From Thermostichus sp. DRC_bins_24 (GTDB lineage Bacteria > Cyanobacteriota > Cyanobacteriia > Thermostichales > Thermostichaceae): a stretch of DNA of 64,000 bases. Every line of letters begins with the position of its first letter. The stretch's first letter is position 1. The notes beneath the pieces were generated by a model that searched no databases, had not been told where the DNA came from, and was given only the letters and a program-made list of their open reading frames with translations. Positions 9,926 to 22,127 of the stretch are shown here, one piece after another. A program made the translations under genes and the position numbers. The DNA lies in assembly GCA_039794845.1 (NCBI GenBank), contig JAUQVK010000035.1, positions 10,014 through 74,013 on the forward strand, in the 5' to 3' direction.

Positions 9926-11971
9926 GTGAGTATCAACCCGAATAACCCCAAACCTCGTCCTGGGGATGAGCCCATTTGCAATTTCTCCAACAACCCCACC
10001 TTTAGCAGCATCTTAAGCAGTCGGCTGCAGCGTCGCCAGGTGCTCCAGGGTGGGATTGCCGCAGCCGTTGCTTCCTTTTTCGCGGCTCCTGCGTTGAACA
10101 TGATCTCGGGTTCGGCCAAGGCTGCCAGCGGCAGCGCTCTGCTGGGCTTCAAGGCCATTCCCGTCAGCGATGAAGATACCCTTGTGGTGCCGGAGGGCTA
10201 TACGGCCCGGCCCCTGTTGGCTTGGGGAACCCCCATCACTGGCAACTATCCCGCCTACAAGTTGGAAAACACCGGGGCCGAACAGGGGATGCAAGTGGGC
10301 AGCCACCACGACGGCATGCACTTCTTCCCCATCGAGGGTGAGGATCCCTGGCAGGGCAGTTCCACCGAAGGCCTGCTGGTGATGAACCACGAGTATGTGG
10401 AGCCACGCTACATGCACGCCGCTGCCGTGGGCCAAAAGCTGGATGCCGATCAATACCCCACCACTGCCGATGGCAAACGGGATCCGGATCAGGTGCTGAA
10501 GGAACTGAATGCCCACGGGGTGAGTATTGTCCACATTGCCCGCCAAGAAAACGGCACTTGGGAAGTGGTGCGGGACAACCTCAACCGCCGCATTACCGGC
10601 CTTACCCCCATGGAAATTCATGGCCCGCTGCGGGGATCCGACTTTGTCAAAACCAAGTTTAGCCCCGATGGCACCATGACCCGTGGCACCTTGAACAACT
10701 GTGCCCACGGCGTCACCCCCTGGAATACCTACCTTACCTGCGAAGAAAACTGGGCCGGGTACTTCTCCAACCTCAAGACCGAGGATCAAAAGCCCAGCTT
10801 GCCCCGCGAGCAATCCCGCTATGGGGTGAGCACCGGCACCTCCCGCTATGGGTGGGAATTGGCCAGCAACAATGCGGATGAGTTTGCCCGCTTCAACGCC
10901 ACTCCCACGGCGGCCGATGCCACGCAAGACTATCGCAATGAGCCGAATGGGTTTGGTTGGGTGGTGGAAATTGACCCGTTTGATCCCAACAGCATCCCGA
11001 AAAAACGCACCGCCTTGGGTCGGTTTGCCCACGAGGGGGTGGTGTTCCAGCCGCCGGTGGAAGGTCAGCCGGTGGTGGCCTACTCCGGCGATGATGCCCG
11101 CTTTGAATACATCTACAAGTACGTGTCTGCCCAACCTTATGTGAAGGCGACCGCGGGTGGTCATCTGTTGGATAACGGCACCCTATACGTGGCCAAGTTC
11201 AATGAAGATGGCTCCGGCGAGTGGCTGCCCTTGGTGTTTGGGCAAAATGGCCTCACCCCTGAAAATGGCTTCAACAGCCAAGCGGATGTGTTAGTGAATA
11301 CTCGCACGGCGGCGGATTTCGTCGGGGCCACCAAAATGGATCGTCCAGAGTGGGGAGCTGTGGATCCGAAAACCCGCATGGTGTACTTCACTCTGACCAA
11401 CAACAGCCGCCGGGAAGAAGCCCAAATTGATGCGGCCAACCCGCGGGCCAAGAACAACTGGGGACACATCATCCGTTGGAAAGAAGCCAACAACCAGCCC
11501 AGTGCCAAGCGGTTTGAATGGGATATTTTTGTCTTGGCCGGCCCACCCGATGACAGCCGCAAGTTGTCGGGTGAGTCTTTGAATGAAGACAATATGTTCA
11601 ATTCTCCCGATGGCCTTTGGTTTGATGCCAGCCGCCGCCTCTGGATTCAAACCGATACTAGCGAAAGTGTGTTGAACCAAGGTGAGTTTGCCCCGTTTGG
11701 CAACAACCAAATGTTGGCAGCTGATCCGGAAAGCGGGGAAATTCGTCGCTTCCTAACCGGCCCGATTGGTCAGGAGATCACGGGTGTGGTGACAACCCCC
11801 GACCAGCGCACCATGTTCATCAACGTGCAGCACCCCGGAGCGAGTACTGGCGAGGAGGAGTTTGCAGCGGGCAATCAAAAGTCCCGTTGGCCTGACTTCG
11901 ATAACAACATCTATCCTCGCTCGGCCACGGTGGTGATCACCAAGGATGATGGCGGGATCATCGGTGCCTGA
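9926..11971 (+). CDS. phoX: PhoX-family alkaline phosphatase, Tat-exported (GTG at 9926 after AGGAG preferred; ORF open from 9878)
   Basis: Twin-arginine RRQVLQGG; HHDGMHFF, LVMNHEY, GTLNNCAHGVTPWNTYLTCEEN, GRFAHE, MDRPEW, SPDGL, QEITG, NVQHPG. Confidence 0.93.
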   Translation: MSINPNNPKPRPGDEPICNFSNNPTFSSILSSRLQRRQVLQGGIAAAVASFFAAPALNMISGSAKAASGSALLGFKAIPVSDEDTLVVPEGYTARPLLAWGTPITGNYPAYKLENTGAEQGMQVGSHHDGMHFFPIEGEDPWQGSSTEGLLVMNHEYVEPRYMHAAAVGQKLDADQYPTTADGKRDPDQVLKELNAHGVSIVHIARQENGTWEVVRDNLNRRITGLTPMEIHGPLRGSDFVKTKFSPDGTMTRGTLNNCAHGVTPWNTYLTCEENWAGYFSNLKTEDQKPSLPREQSRYGVSTGTSRYGWELASNNADEFARFNATPTAADATQDYRNEPNGFGWVVEIDPFDPNSIPKKRTALGRFAHEGVVFQPPVEGQPVVAYSGDDARFEYIYKYVSAQPYVKATAGGHLLDNGTLYVAKFNEDGSGEWLPLVFGQNGLTPENGFNSQADVLVNTRTAADFVGATKMDRPEWGAVDPKTRMVYFTLTNNSRREEAQIDAANPRAKNNWGHIIRWKEANNQPSAKRFEWDIFVLAGPPDDSRKLSGESLNEDNMFNSPDGLWFDASRRLWIQTDTSESVLNQGEFAPFGNNQMLAADPESGEIRRFLTGPIGQEITGVVTTPDQRTMFINVQHPGASTGEEEFAAGNQKSRWPDFDNNIYPRSATVVITKDDGGIIGA

Positions 11972-12007
11972 TCAGGATTGATCAAGTCCGTGACATCCTA
12001 AAGTAAT

Positions 12008-12039
12008 GTGGCAGGGATCCCAAATCTCTGCCACTTTTT
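12008..12039 (+). terminator. Rho-independent terminator after phoX
   Basis: GTGGCAGGGAT-cccaa-ATCTCTGCCAC stem-loop followed by TTTTT. Confidence 0.75.
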
Positions 12040-12094
12040 GCTTTTTCGAATCAAGTCTGGATTAAGTGACTGGGATTTGGATTCCAGACCCATC

Positions 12095-13795
12095 TCAATC
12101 AAACAACCCCAAATCCGTCACTGCCCCAAGGCTGCTGCTGGAGACCAACTTGGCATATTTGGCCAATGTGCCCCGTTCGTAGCGGGGTTTGGGGGCAGAC
12201 CATTTCGCCCGCCGCTGGGCCAATTCTTCGTCGCTCACGTTCAATTGCAGCAGCCGAGCAGGGGCATCGATGGTAATGGAATCCCCTTCTTCAACCAAGG
12301 CAATCGTGCCCCCCACATAGGCTTCTGGGGCCACATGGCCGACCACCAAGCCGTAGGTTCCCCCCGAGAAGCGGCCATCGGTAATTAAGCCGACGCTATC
12401 CCCCAACCCCGCCCCAATAATCGCTGAAGTGGGGGAGAGCATTTCCCGCATGCCTGGGCCGCCTTTGGGCCCCTCGTAGCGCACCACCACCACATCGCCT
12501 GCTCGGATCTGGCCGGAAAGCACCGCCTGCAAACAGGCTTCTTCCGATTCAAACACTCGAGCTGGCCCGGTGATCCTCGGATTCTTCACTCCCGTGATCT
12601 TGGCTACAGCACCTTCGCTCGCCAAATTCCCCTTCAAGATTGCCAGGTGGCCTTGGGCATACATCGGGTTATTCCAAGGGCGGATCACCTCTTGGTCTGG
12701 GCTCGGTTCATCCGGCACTTCTCGCAATACTTCTGCAAGGGTTTGGCCGGAAATGGTCAGGCAGTCTCCATGCAGGAGGCCCTGATTGAGGAGCATTTTC
12801 ATCACCTGTGGGATCCCTCCAGCTCGATGCAAATCAGTAGCCACAAAGCGCCCTGAGGGTTTCAAATCACAGAGCACCGGCACCCTGGCTCGGATTGTCT
12901 CGAAGTCATCCAAGGTGAGGGGCACCTCAGCCGCATGGGCAATGGCCAAAAAGTGCAGCACCGCGTTGGTGGATCCCCCCACGGCCATGATTACGGCAAT
13001 GGCATTTTCGATGCTTTGGCGGGTGATGATGTCTCGCGGTCGGATGTTGGCTTTGATTGCTTCCGCCAAAACCTTGGCGGATTCGGCAGCGCTATCGGCT
13101 TTTTCGTCGTCTTCGGCAGCCATCGTAGAGGAATAGGGCAGGCTCATGCCCATGGCTTCAAAGGCGCTGGACATGGTGTTGGCCGTGAACATGCCGCCGC
13201 AGGAGCCGGCTCCAGGGCAAGCATGGCGTTCCACAGCCAACAGCTCTTCCTCTGAGATTCGCCCAGCACTAAACTCCCCTACCGCTTCAAAGGCACTCAC
13301 CACCGTCAAGTCGCGGCCATTGTAGTGCCCCGGTTTGATGGTGCCGCCATAGACGAAAATGGCCGGAACGTTGATGCGGGCAATGGCGATCATCGCCCCT
13401 GGCATGTTCTTATCACAGCCACCGATGGCCAGCAGTCCATCCATACTCTGCCCGTTAACCGCCGTCTCAATGGCATCGGCAATCACTTCCCGTGACACCA
13501 GTGAGTACTTCATCCCTTCGGTGCCCATGGAGATGCCATCGCTGATGGTGATGGTGCCAAACATTTGGGGCATGCAGCCGGCAGATCTCAGGGCGGCTTC
13601 GGCGCGGTTGGCTAAGGGTTGGATCCCCATGTTGCAGGGGGTGATGGTGCTGTGGCCGTTGGCAATGCCGACGATGGGTTTGCTGAAGTCTTCATCTTGA
13701 AAGCCCACTGCCCTGAGCATGGCTCGGTTGGGGGAGCGCTGCACCCCTTGGGTGACGACTCGGCTGCGCAGGGGGGAGGAAGAGTTTGCGGTCAT
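12095..13795 (-). CDS. ilvD: Dihydroxy-acid dehydratase
   Basis: [74 protein letters not shown]. Confidence 0.98.
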   Translation of the reverse strand: MTANSSSPLRSRVVTQGVQRSPNRAMLRAVGFQDEDFSKPIVGIANGHSTITPCNMGIQPLANRAEAALRSAGCMPQMFGTITISDGISMGTEGMKYSLVSREVIADAIETAVNGQSMDGLLAIGGCDKNMPGAMIAIARINVPAIFVYGGTIKPGHYNGRDLTVVSAFEAVGEFSAGRISEEELLAVERHACPGAGSCGGMFTANTMSSAFEAMGMSLPYSSTMAAEDDEKADSAAESAKVLAEAIKANIRPRDIITRQSIENAIAVIMAVGGSTNAVLHFLAIAHAAEVPLTLDDFETIRARVPVLCDLKPSGRFVATDLHRAGGIPQVMKMLLNQGLLHGDCLTISGQTLAEVLREVPDEPSPDQEVIRPWNNPMYAQGHLAILKGNLASEGAVAKITGVKNPRITGPARVFESEEACLQAVLSGQIRAGDVVVVRYEGPKGGPGMREMLSPTSAIIGAGLGDSVGLITDGRFSGGTYGLVVGHVAPEAYVGGTIALVEEGDSITIDAPARLLQLNVSDEELAQRRAKWSAPKPRYERGTLAKYAKLVSSSSLGAVTDLGLFD

Positions 13796-14112
13796 GAGGA
13801 AATAGAAACGGGAACAGGAACAGTCAAGAATCCAATGATTGGAGTGGGATTGATCCTATCCTGTTTTTTCCGGTGGGTAGTGCCCATCCCAGCAGGCTAA
13901 ATCTGAAGCAACTCTGTAAGTTCCCACCGAGGGTGAAGATCATCAGCCAGCCTACCTAGTAAAGGGATCCCCATGGGCTGGATCCTGGCCCCTCAGCTTG
14001 CTCTTGAGGTAGCCCAAAGCACAGGGGATCTAGCAGAGAATCTATAGAAGTAGGTCGCTTCTGTGGGATCCCTTTCCTGGCCTTTCCCCTTCGCACTCGC
14101 GAAGCCTAGCCT

Positions 14113-15168
14113 ATGGTTTTGAGTTCTCCCTCCTCCCCTACTGTGTTGCCTAGCAGCACCGAACGAGAGATGTCGCGGGATGTGCTCACCCTCTCTCGCC
14201 ACGTTCTACAGCAGTTTGAAAGTTTTACCGCCGAAGCCCAAGATTTCAGTGCTCTGCTCAACCGCATTGCTCTGGCTGGCAAGATGATCGCCCGTCGTTT
14301 GGGCCAATCCGGCCTGATCGAAGATGCCCTCGGGATCACCGGCAGCGTCAACGTTCAGGGGGAAGAACAACAGCAAATGGACGACTATGCCAACCGGGCC
14401 TTTATCCGCGCCCTGGAACAAACGGGCCTGGTGTGTCGGCTGGTGTCTGAGGAGATGAAAACCCCTGCCCGCCTCCCGGAAAACTGCTCCCTCAGCCGTT
14501 TGGCCTTGCTGATCGACCCACTGGATGGCTCTTCCAATATCGATGCCAACCTTACCGTCGGTTCGATTTTCTCGGTACTACGCCCTCTCGAAAACCGTCC
14601 TGAAACCGATAACGAGGATCTGCTGCAACCGGGGCGCAACCAACTGGCGGCGGGCTACATTCTCTACGGCCCCAGCACCCAACTGGTGTATTCCATCGGC
14701 AAAGGGGTGCACAGTTTCACGTTGGATCCCAGCCTGGGAGAGTTTATTCTTTCTCAAAGTCATATTCGCACCCCCGAGCGCGGCTCTGTTTACAGCCTCA
14801 ATGAAGGGTATTTCTGCCACTGGAGCGAAGGGATCCAAAACTTTGTCCGGTATGTGCATCGTCGGGATGGCTATACCTCTCGATACAGCGGCGCCTTGGT
14901 GGCGGATTTTCACCGCATTCTGCTGCAGGGGGGGGTTTACCTGTATCCCGGCACCGACAAGAAACCGGAAGGGAAGTTGCGTCTTATGTATGAGGCTGCC
15001 CCGCTGGCTTTTTTGGCGGAACAGGCGGGGGGCGTGGCCACCACTGGCACGGAGTCGATTTTGGATATTCCTCCCCAAGCCTTGCACCAGCGGGTGCCCT
15101 TGATCATCGGCAGCCGCGAAAATGTGGCGGAAGTGCTGAACTGCCTGAAGGGTTCCCTAAGTCCCTGA
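14113..15168 (+). CDS. fbp: Class 1 fructose-1,6-bisphosphatase
   Basis: [40 protein letters not shown]. Confidence 0.95.
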   Translation: MVLSSPSSPTVLPSSTEREMSRDVLTLSRHVLQQFESFTAEAQDFSALLNRIALAGKMIARRLGQSGLIEDALGITGSVNVQGEEQQQMDDYANRAFIRALEQTGLVCRLVSEEMKTPARLPENCSLSRLALLIDPLDGSSNIDANLTVGSIFSVLRPLENRPETDNEDLLQPGRNQLAAGYILYGPSTQLVYSIGKGVHSFTLDPSLGEFILSQSHIRTPERGSVYSLNEGYFCHWSEGIQNFVRYVHRRDGYTSRYSGALVADFHRILLQGGVYLYPGTDKKPEGKLRLMYEAAPLAFLAEQAGGVATTGTESILDIPPQALHQRVPLIIGSRENVAEVLNCLKGSLSP

Positions 15169-15225
15169 CTGCTGTTTCCTGATCCCATGCCCATCTATCC
15201 CATCTCTCCAACCTGAGCTAACCCT

Positions 15226-16779
15226 ATGGTGACCCTGGCTGAAAATCCCCTCCGCGTTGGCCTCAACCAAGAGCGCACTCCGGATCCCTGTATCTTGGTG
15301 CAATTTGGCGCTTCGGGAGACCTGGCAGCTCGTAAGCTGATCCCGGCCTACTATCGACTGTATGTACAACGCCGCCTACCGCCGGAGTTTACCTTGGTGG
15401 GGGTGGCGCGCCGCGATTGGACCCACGAGGTTTACCGTGAAAAAATGCGGGCCGCCATGCAAGAATTTGCCGCCAAAGATCTCGGCCCTGAGGCCCTCTG
15501 GGAAGAATTTGCCAGCCGGTTGTTTTACTGCCGCTTGGATATCGGGGATCCTGACAGCTACAGCCAGTTGAACCAATTGCTCAGCCAACTGGATGCAGAA
15601 CGGGGCACCCGTGGCAACCGGGTCTTTTACCTCGCAGTCTCCCCAGACTTTTATGCCCAGGCCATTCAGCAGTTGGGGGCAGCAGGCATGGTGGCGGATC
15701 CTGTGAAGACACGGGTGGTGATCGAGAAGCCCTTTGGCCATGACCTGACTTCGGCCCAGGAGTTGAACCGGATTGTGCAGCGGGTGTGCCAGGAGGAGCA
15801 GATCTACCGCATCGACCATTATCTGGGCAAAGAAACGGTACAGAATCTGTTGGTGTTTCGCTTCGCCAATGCCATTTTCGAGCCCCTCTGGAACCGCAAC
15901 TTCATCGACCATGTGCAGATTACGGTGGCAGAAACCGTTGGCGTTGAAGATCGGGCCGGGTACTACGATTCTTCCGGTGCGCTGCGGGATATGGTGCAGA
16001 ACCATCTGATGCAGGTGTATTGCCTCACGGCGATGGAACCTCCGGTCTCTTTGCGAAGTGACGGGGTACGCAACGAAAAGACCAAGGTTCTACAGGCCAC
16101 TCGCCTGGCAGATACGCGCAATGTGGCGGCGGCAGCCGTCCGAGGTCAGTACGGTGCCGGTTGGATGGCGGGCAAACCGGTGGTGGGCTATCTGCAGGAA
16201 CCCAACGTGAACCCGGCTTCCACCACTCCCACCTATGTGGCGCTGAAGCTGGAATGCGATACCTGGCGGTGGAAGGGGGTGCCCTTTTACCTCCGTACCG
16301 GCAAACGCCTGCCCAAGAAAATCTCGGAGGTGGCCATTCACTTTAAGCAAGTGCCCCTTTCCCTGTTTCAGTCGGCGGCGCGGGAGGTGAGTCCCAATAT
16401 TTTGGTACTGCGCATTCAACCCAATGAAGGGATCTCGCTGCGTTTCGAGGCCAAGATGCCGGGGCCGGAGATCCGCACCCGCTCTGTGGATATGGATTTT
16501 CGCTACGGTTCGGCTTTTGGCGCCGGGACTCCCGATGCCTACGATCGCCTGTTGCTGGATTGTTTGTTGTCGGATCCCACTCTGTTTACCCGCGCCGATG
16601 AAGTGGAGGCGGCTTGGCGGGTGGTCACCCCGGTGTTATCGGCGTGGGAATCGGAACCCAGCAGCGCCAATGGCAGTGGTGCGGCTCCACCGATCTACAC
16701 CTACGAAGCAGGAACGTGGGGGCCAAAGGCTGCCGAAGATCTGCTGGCCCAGTCGGGACGGCGCTGGCGACGACTGTGA
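15226..16779 (+). CDS. zwf: Glucose-6-phosphate 1-dehydrogenase
   Basis: [44 protein letters not shown]. Confidence 0.98.
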   Translation: MVTLAENPLRVGLNQERTPDPCILVQFGASGDLAARKLIPAYYRLYVQRRLPPEFTLVGVARRDWTHEVYREKMRAAMQEFAAKDLGPEALWEEFASRLFYCRLDIGDPDSYSQLNQLLSQLDAERGTRGNRVFYLAVSPDFYAQAIQQLGAAGMVADPVKTRVVIEKPFGHDLTSAQELNRIVQRVCQEEQIYRIDHYLGKETVQNLLVFRFANAIFEPLWNRNFIDHVQITVAETVGVEDRAGYYDSSGALRDMVQNHLMQVYCLTAMEPPVSLRSDGVRNEKTKVLQATRLADTRNVAAAAVRGQYGAGWMAGKPVVGYLQEPNVNPASTTPTYVALKLECDTWRWKGVPFYLRTGKRLPKKISEVAIHFKQVPLSLFQSAAREVSPNILVLRIQPNEGISLRFEAKMPGPEIRTRSVDMDFRYGSAFGAGTPDAYDRLLLDCLLSDPTLFTRADEVEAAWRVVTPVLSAWESEPSSANGSGAAPPIYTYEAGTWGPKAAEDLLAQSGRRWRRL

Positions 16780-16809
16780 TGCGGGATCCCCCGCCTTCCT
16801 AAGGGATCC

Positions 16810-18171
16810 TCACCGGCGGCCGGCCGTTTGTAAGGCCCGTACCTTGCCGGGGTTCATCAACCCATAGGGATCCACGAGCTGCTTGAACTGCAACTGTTGC
16901 GGCTCCATCGCCTTGCGCCCCACCTCTTCGTAAACAAAGGCATGCACGTTCGCTCCTACTGCCCCCTCGGCTTCAAAAGCAGCGGCGATTTCCTTGAGTC
17001 GTTCTGGAGTGGTGAAGCGCACCAACGGTACACCGGCGGGCATCAGCCTGCCATGAATGCGGCGAAACTCGATGTGGATCATCACCTCCTCTGGAAATTG
17101 GCGGTAGAGGCGCTCTAGGTTGTGCAGCTCTGGATCGAAAATGGCCGAGAGATAGGTGAGGGAGGGATCCGCCGTGGTGGCGTGCAGGGTGGTGTGATTG
17201 AAACTGTACTCGATCAGGGTCAGTCCTTTGCCGCTAGATTCAGAAGGTTTGTGGTAGCAAAGCTCGCCACCGTAGTCTTGCACCAGCCCCAAGAAGGGAT
17301 CCCAGGTATGGTCAGACACCAATACCAATACGGCATGATGACCGATGGGAATGTAAGACTTCAAGGCAGCAAAATAGGTGGGGATGGGCCAAGCATGAAG
17401 GCTGATCAAGCGGGTGGGGATGCCGTCACAGTTGCCCAACTCGTTGCAGAAGCGGGCCGCCGTCATGAAGTCTTGAAAGCAGACGATCCCTTCCGACCAG
17501 GGTTGGGCCGGAGCCAGAGCCACTTGCAATTCCGTTAAAATGCCGTTGATGCCCCAGGAATGGGCCACCTTCTGTAGGTCGGATCCCTGTAGTTCCAGCA
17601 CCTGCGGCGGCTCCTGCAACGTCACCAGCCGAGCAGCCAGCAGATGCCCCCGCTCAAATTGCAGCCCGTAGGTGGTAGAGCCAGCCCCGCCACTCCCCCC
17701 CGACAGATGCCCCCCCAAGGTGGCGGTGCGAAAGGTAGAGGGCAAAATGCGCATTTCCCAGCCAATGGCCCGCGCTCGTTTTTCTAAGGTGGCCAGCTTC
17801 ACCCCCGCCTGCGCCCGTGCGGATCCCGGTTGTACAGAGACTATCTTCGTCAAAGCGCTGGTATCCAGTACCAAGCCCCGCCGTAACGGGATCCACTGCC
17901 CCTGATTGGCTGAGCCGGATCCCCGCAGGGTGAGGGGGATGCGATGCCGCACACAAACCTGAGCCACCTGCAGAACTTCCGCCTCTGTTTTCGGGCGTAC
18001 CACCCCATCCGCACCTTTGCCTTGCAAGACACGATTCAGGATCGGGCTGTAGGTATGTTCAACGCGGGTAAACCGCTCCGTCTGCTCAGGGCCACGCAAC
18101 ACCTCGATCCCGGCCAACTCGGAAAAGACCTGTTCCCAGGCGATTAGGGGGGCAGAATTCGGTGCAACCAT
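16810..18171 (-). CDS. FAD-binding oxidoreductase (FAD_binding_4/PCMH type)
   Basis: VVRPKTEAEV, PLTLRGSGSAN, ATLGGHLSGG, C-terminal DPYGLMNPGK. Confidence 0.88.
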   Translation of the reverse strand: MVAPNSAPLIAWEQVFSELAGIEVLRGPEQTERFTRVEHTYSPILNRVLQGKGADGVVRPKTEAEVLQVAQVCVRHRIPLTLRGSGSANQGQWIPLRRGLVLDTSALTKIVSVQPGSARAQAGVKLATLEKRARAIGWEMRILPSTFRTATLGGHLSGGSGGAGSTTYGLQFERGHLLAARLVTLQEPPQVLELQGSDLQKVAHSWGINGILTELQVALAPAQPWSEGIVCFQDFMTAARFCNELGNCDGIPTRLISLHAWPIPTYFAALKSYIPIGHHAVLVLVSDHTWDPFLGLVQDYGGELCYHKPSESSGKGLTLIEYSFNHTTLHATTADPSLTYLSAIFDPELHNLERLYRQFPEEVMIHIEFRRIHGRLMPAGVPLVRFTTPERLKEIAAAFEAEGAVGANVHAFVYEEVGRKAMEPQQLQFKQLVDPYGLMNPGKVRALQTAGRR

Positions 18172-18295
18172 AAGCCGATAGAAAATGCCTGGGCTTAATC
18201 CTGAGGGGCGAACCCCAAGGCTGTGGTGTTGTCAGCTACGAAGTCTGGGCCGGGCTCCCACCTAAAATGCACCATGGTCGAGCTCTCCGAAATGG

Positions 18296-19540
18296 GTGCG
18301 CCCCGCTCTTCAGCCACAACTCTCCATCCAACCCAATCGCCTGAATCACCGTCTGGCTCAACTGGCCGAAATAGGCCGATTGCCGGAAGGGGGTGTGCGA
18401 CGCATTGCCTATTCACCGGAAGACGGGTTGGCCCGCCAACAGGTTCAAGCCTGGATGCAGGCCGCCGGAATGCAGGTGAACATCGATGCCGCCGGCAACC
18501 TGATCGGCACCTACCCCGGTCGAATCCCAGGGTTGCCCGCTTTGGCCAGCGGATCCCATATTGATACGGTGCCCAGTGGCGGACGCTACGATGGGGCCTT
18601 GGGGGTCTTGGCGGCGATTGAAGGGGTACAAACCTTGCGGGATCACAACCTCAGGCTGCGGCACCCGCTACAAGTTATCGTGTTTACCGATGAAGAAGGG
18701 GGGATGCTCGGCAGCAAAGCCCTCTCCGGCAGCCTTCATCCCGACCCCGAACGCTACCGACGCTGCGATGGCACCCCCATCCAAACCTGCTTGGCCCGCA
18801 TCGGCGGCAACTGGGATCAGATCGCCTCCGCCCGCCGTACCCGCCAAGACCTGGCCGCCTTTGTGGAATTGCACGTGGAACAGGGGGGATCCCTAGACCG
18901 AGAAGGGATCCAAGTCGGAGTAGTGGAGGGGATTGTCGGCATGCGCCGCTCCCAGATTCGGATTACCGGGCGACCGAACCATGCGGGTACCACGCCGATG
19001 CCCCTGAGAAAAGACGCCCTTGTTGCCGCCGCTCAGGTGATTTTGGCCGCTCAAGACTTGGCCTTGCGGATCCCGGGGGAACAGGTGGCGACGGTGGGGA
19101 TGTGTCAGGTGTGGCCCAATGCCAGCAACATTGTGCCGGGGCGGGTGGAATTAAGTCTCGATCTGCGGGATTTGTCCTCAGAGCATTTGGACCGGTTGAT
19201 GCACCAGTTCCGGCAAGCCCTAGACGAGATCGAAGGGCAAAGTGGGTGCAGGGTGGAGTGGATCCCTGGGTTGCAGGTGGATCCCGCTCTGGCGGCACCC
19301 AGGATCCAGCAGACCATCACCACTGTGTGTACGGAGTTGGGGTTAAGTCATCGTCGTTTACCCAGCCGGGCCGGTCATGATGCCCAAGAAATGGCCCGCT
19401 TCACGGATATGGGCATGATCTTTGTACCCAGTCTTGGGGGCATCAGCCATGCAGAAGATGAATATACCTCCCCGGATCAGTGTGCCTATGGAGCGAATGT
19501 ATTGCTGCAGACGCTGATGCAGCTGGATGAGCAGTATTGA
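18296..19540 (+). CDS. M20 Zn-dependent amidohydrolase (allantoate amidohydrolase / N-carbamoyl-L-amino-acid hydrolase family)
   Basis: GSHIDTVP.GGRYDG, DEEG, ELHVEQG, NHAGTTPM, SRAGHDAQ, GISH. Confidence 0.93.
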   Translation: MRPALQPQLSIQPNRLNHRLAQLAEIGRLPEGGVRRIAYSPEDGLARQQVQAWMQAAGMQVNIDAAGNLIGTYPGRIPGLPALASGSHIDTVPSGGRYDGALGVLAAIEGVQTLRDHNLRLRHPLQVIVFTDEEGGMLGSKALSGSLHPDPERYRRCDGTPIQTCLARIGGNWDQIASARRTRQDLAAFVELHVEQGGSLDREGIQVGVVEGIVGMRRSQIRITGRPNHAGTTPMPLRKDALVAAAQVILAAQDLALRIPGEQVATVGMCQVWPNASNIVPGRVELSLDLRDLSSEHLDRLMHQFRQALDEIEGQSGCRVEWIPGLQVDPALAAPRIQQTITTVCTELGLSHRRLPSRAGHDAQEMARFTDMGMIFVPSLGGISHAEDEYTSPDQCAYGANVLLQTLMQLDEQY

Positions 19541-19830
19541 GTTGGTTTGAGCCATCTCAAGGGATCCCGGCTGCAATCCGGCCGGTTCTTACCGGATCCC
19601 TGCAGCCAGGCTCACCCCTCAGCTGCCGACCGAACCCACCGACGAAGAGAAAACCCTGGCCCTAATCGCGCAATTGGCCCCCCTAGCCGGATATGGGGTT
19701 GGCTTTGGCCAGATCATTAGCCCTGCCCAAAACCCGAACGCAGGAAGTGTGCAACAATGACGGGGCCGAGGCTAGTCGGGATCCCCTTGGCTAGCTGCGG
19801 TCATGGGTTCAGCCAGGAGGATAGTTGCGG

Positions 19831-21948
19831 ATGTTTGTTCCCCTCTGGCCAGGTGAGGTCTATCCACTCGGAGCCCGCTGGGATGGGCGAGGCACCAATT
19901 TTGCCCTTTATTCTGAAAATGCTACGGCTGTGGAGTTGTGCCTGTTCGATGGGCAGGGCCATGAAAGTCGGATTCCGCTGACGGAGCGCGATATTTTTGT
20001 CTGGCATGGCTATATCCCCGGCATTGCCCCTGGGCAACGCTATGGTTTTCGGGTGCATGGCCCCTACGATCCGCAAAATGGCCAGCGCTTTAACCCCAAC
20101 AAATTGCTGATCGATCCCTACGCCAAGGCAATCGATGGGCGGATTGGTTTTGGCCCGGAAATTTTTGGTTACGACTGGCAGGCGCCAGAAGCGGATCTGA
20201 GTTTTTCTGAGAGCAACAGCGCCCCCCTAGTACCCAAAGCTGTGGTGATCGATGGCTCCTTCGACTGGCAAGGGGATGAACCTTTGCGCATCCCGGCCCA
20301 CGAGACGATCATCTACGAGCTACATGTTAAGGGCTTTACCCAACTGCACCCAGAGATCCCGGCCCATTTGCGGGGTACCTACGCGGGTTTGGCTCATCCT
20401 GCCGCCATTTCCCATCTGCAACGGCTGGGCATTACGGCAGTCGAGCTGTTGCCGGTGCATCACTTTCTTTCCCATCCCGGCCACTTGGTAGACAAAGGGC
20501 TGGTGAATTACTGGGGTTACGACTCGGTCAACTACTTTGCCCCCTTCAGCGGTTACAGTGCCAGCGGTTCCTGCGGCCAACAGGTGCGGGAGTTCAAGGA
20601 AATGGTGCGGGCACTGCACAAAGCAGGCATTGAGGTGATTTTGGATGTGGTTTACAACCATACGGGCGAGGGCAATCACCTGGGGCCAACCCTGTCTTTC
20701 CGGGGCATCGACAATGCTGTCTACTACCGCCTTGTGGATGGGGATCCCCGCTACTACATGGACTTCACCGGCTGCGGCAACTCCCTAAATGTGCGGCATC
20801 CGCAGGTATTGAAGCTGATCATGGATAGCCTGCGCTACTGGGTAACGGAGATGCACGTGGATGGCTTCCGCTTTGATCTGGCCTCGGCGCTGGCCCGGGA
20901 ACTGTTTGCGGTGGATAGCTTGGCCGCCTTTTTCGACATTGTCCATCAGGATCCCACCCTTTCGGATGTGAAGCTGATCGCCGAGCCCTGGGATGTGGGG
21001 GAAGGGGGCTACCAGGTGGGGAATTTCCCGTTGCGCTGGTCGGAGTGGAATGGCAAGTACCGAGATACCGTGCGGGATTTCTGGCGTGGGGAAGATCAAA
21101 CCCTGGCGGAGTTTGCCTATCGCTTTACCGGCAGCTCCGATCTTTACCAAACCAATGGGCGCACCCCCAACGCCAGCATCAACTTCATCACTGCCCACGA
21201 TGGCTTTACCTTGCGGGATCTGGTTAGCTACAACGACAAACACAACGAGGCCAACGGCGAAGACAACCGCGACGGCGAGAGCCATAACCGCTCCTGGAAC
21301 TGTGGGGTCGAGGGGGAGACCACGGATCCCCGGGTTTTGAATTTGCGACGCAAGCAACAGCGCAATTTTTTGGCCACCCTCTTTTTATCCCAGGGAGTAC
21401 CGATGCTCCTGGCGGGGGATGAAATGGGCCGCTCCCAGGGGGGCAACAACAACGCCTACTGCCAGGATAATGAGATTTCTTGGATCAACTGGGATCTGCC
21501 GGACGAGAACAGCTCCCTTTTGGATTTCACCCGACAGCTGATCTTCTTTCGGCGACAACATCCGGTGTTTCGGCGCCGCAAGTGGTTCCAGGGGCGATCG
21601 ATCCGAGGGGTAGCGGATATCACCTGGTTTAATCCCGATGGCGGCGAAATGACCGAAGAACAGTGGCAGGTGGGCTTTGCCAAGGCCATCGGCATTTTCC
21701 TGAACGGCGAAGGGATCGTCACCCCCGGCCCCCGTGGAGAACGGATCCTCGACGACAGTTTTCTGCTGCTGTTCAATGCCCATTACGAGCCGCTGGAGTT
21801 TGTCTTGCCGGTGGGGTTACAAAGTCGGCAATGGGTGCTGGTGATCGATACCTGCAGAGCCCGTTTCGTGGAGGTCGGGATCCACTACGAGGGAGATAAA
21901 CCGATCCAAGTTCAAGATCGATCCCTGCTGGTGTTGCGCCGTCTATAG
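19831..21948 (+). CDS. glgX: Glycogen debranching enzyme (isoamylase)
   Basis: [60 protein letters not shown] upstream of ATG 19831. Confidence 0.97.
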   Translation: MFVPLWPGEVYPLGARWDGRGTNFALYSENATAVELCLFDGQGHESRIPLTERDIFVWHGYIPGIAPGQRYGFRVHGPYDPQNGQRFNPNKLLIDPYAKAIDGRIGFGPEIFGYDWQAPEADLSFSESNSAPLVPKAVVIDGSFDWQGDEPLRIPAHETIIYELHVKGFTQLHPEIPAHLRGTYAGLAHPAAISHLQRLGITAVELLPVHHFLSHPGHLVDKGLVNYWGYDSVNYFAPFSGYSASGSCGQQVREFKEMVRALHKAGIEVILDVVYNHTGEGNHLGPTLSFRGIDNAVYYRLVDGDPRYYMDFTGCGNSLNVRHPQVLKLIMDSLRYWVTEMHVDGFRFDLASALARELFAVDSLAAFFDIVHQDPTLSDVKLIAEPWDVGEGGYQVGNFPLRWSEWNGKYRDTVRDFWRGEDQTLAEFAYRFTGSSDLYQTNGRTPNASINFITAHDGFTLRDLVSYNDKHNEANGEDNRDGESHNRSWNCGVEGETTDPRVLNLRRKQQRNFLATLFLSQGVPMLLAGDEMGRSQGGNNNAYCQDNEISWINWDLPDENSSLLDFTRQLIFFRRQHPVFRRRKWFQGRSIRGVADITWFNPDGGEMTEEQWQVGFAKAIGIFLNGEGIVTPGPRGERILDDSFLLLFNAHYEPLEFVLPVGLQSRQWVLVIDTCRARFVEVGIHYEGDKPIQVQDRSLLVLRRL

Positions 21949-22127
21949 GGATCCCGAGAGAACCCCTCGCACGGTAGCAAAAAGTGTAACGGTTCCTAAG
22001 CCATTTTGTGGAAGCAAGACGAACCCTTACACTGTCTGACGGGAAGTGGAAGCAAAACGGAAGCTTTATCCCCGAGGGGTAGAAATATGACAGAAGGAAT
22101 GGTAGTAAGGCTAGCTGGCCCTTGCCT

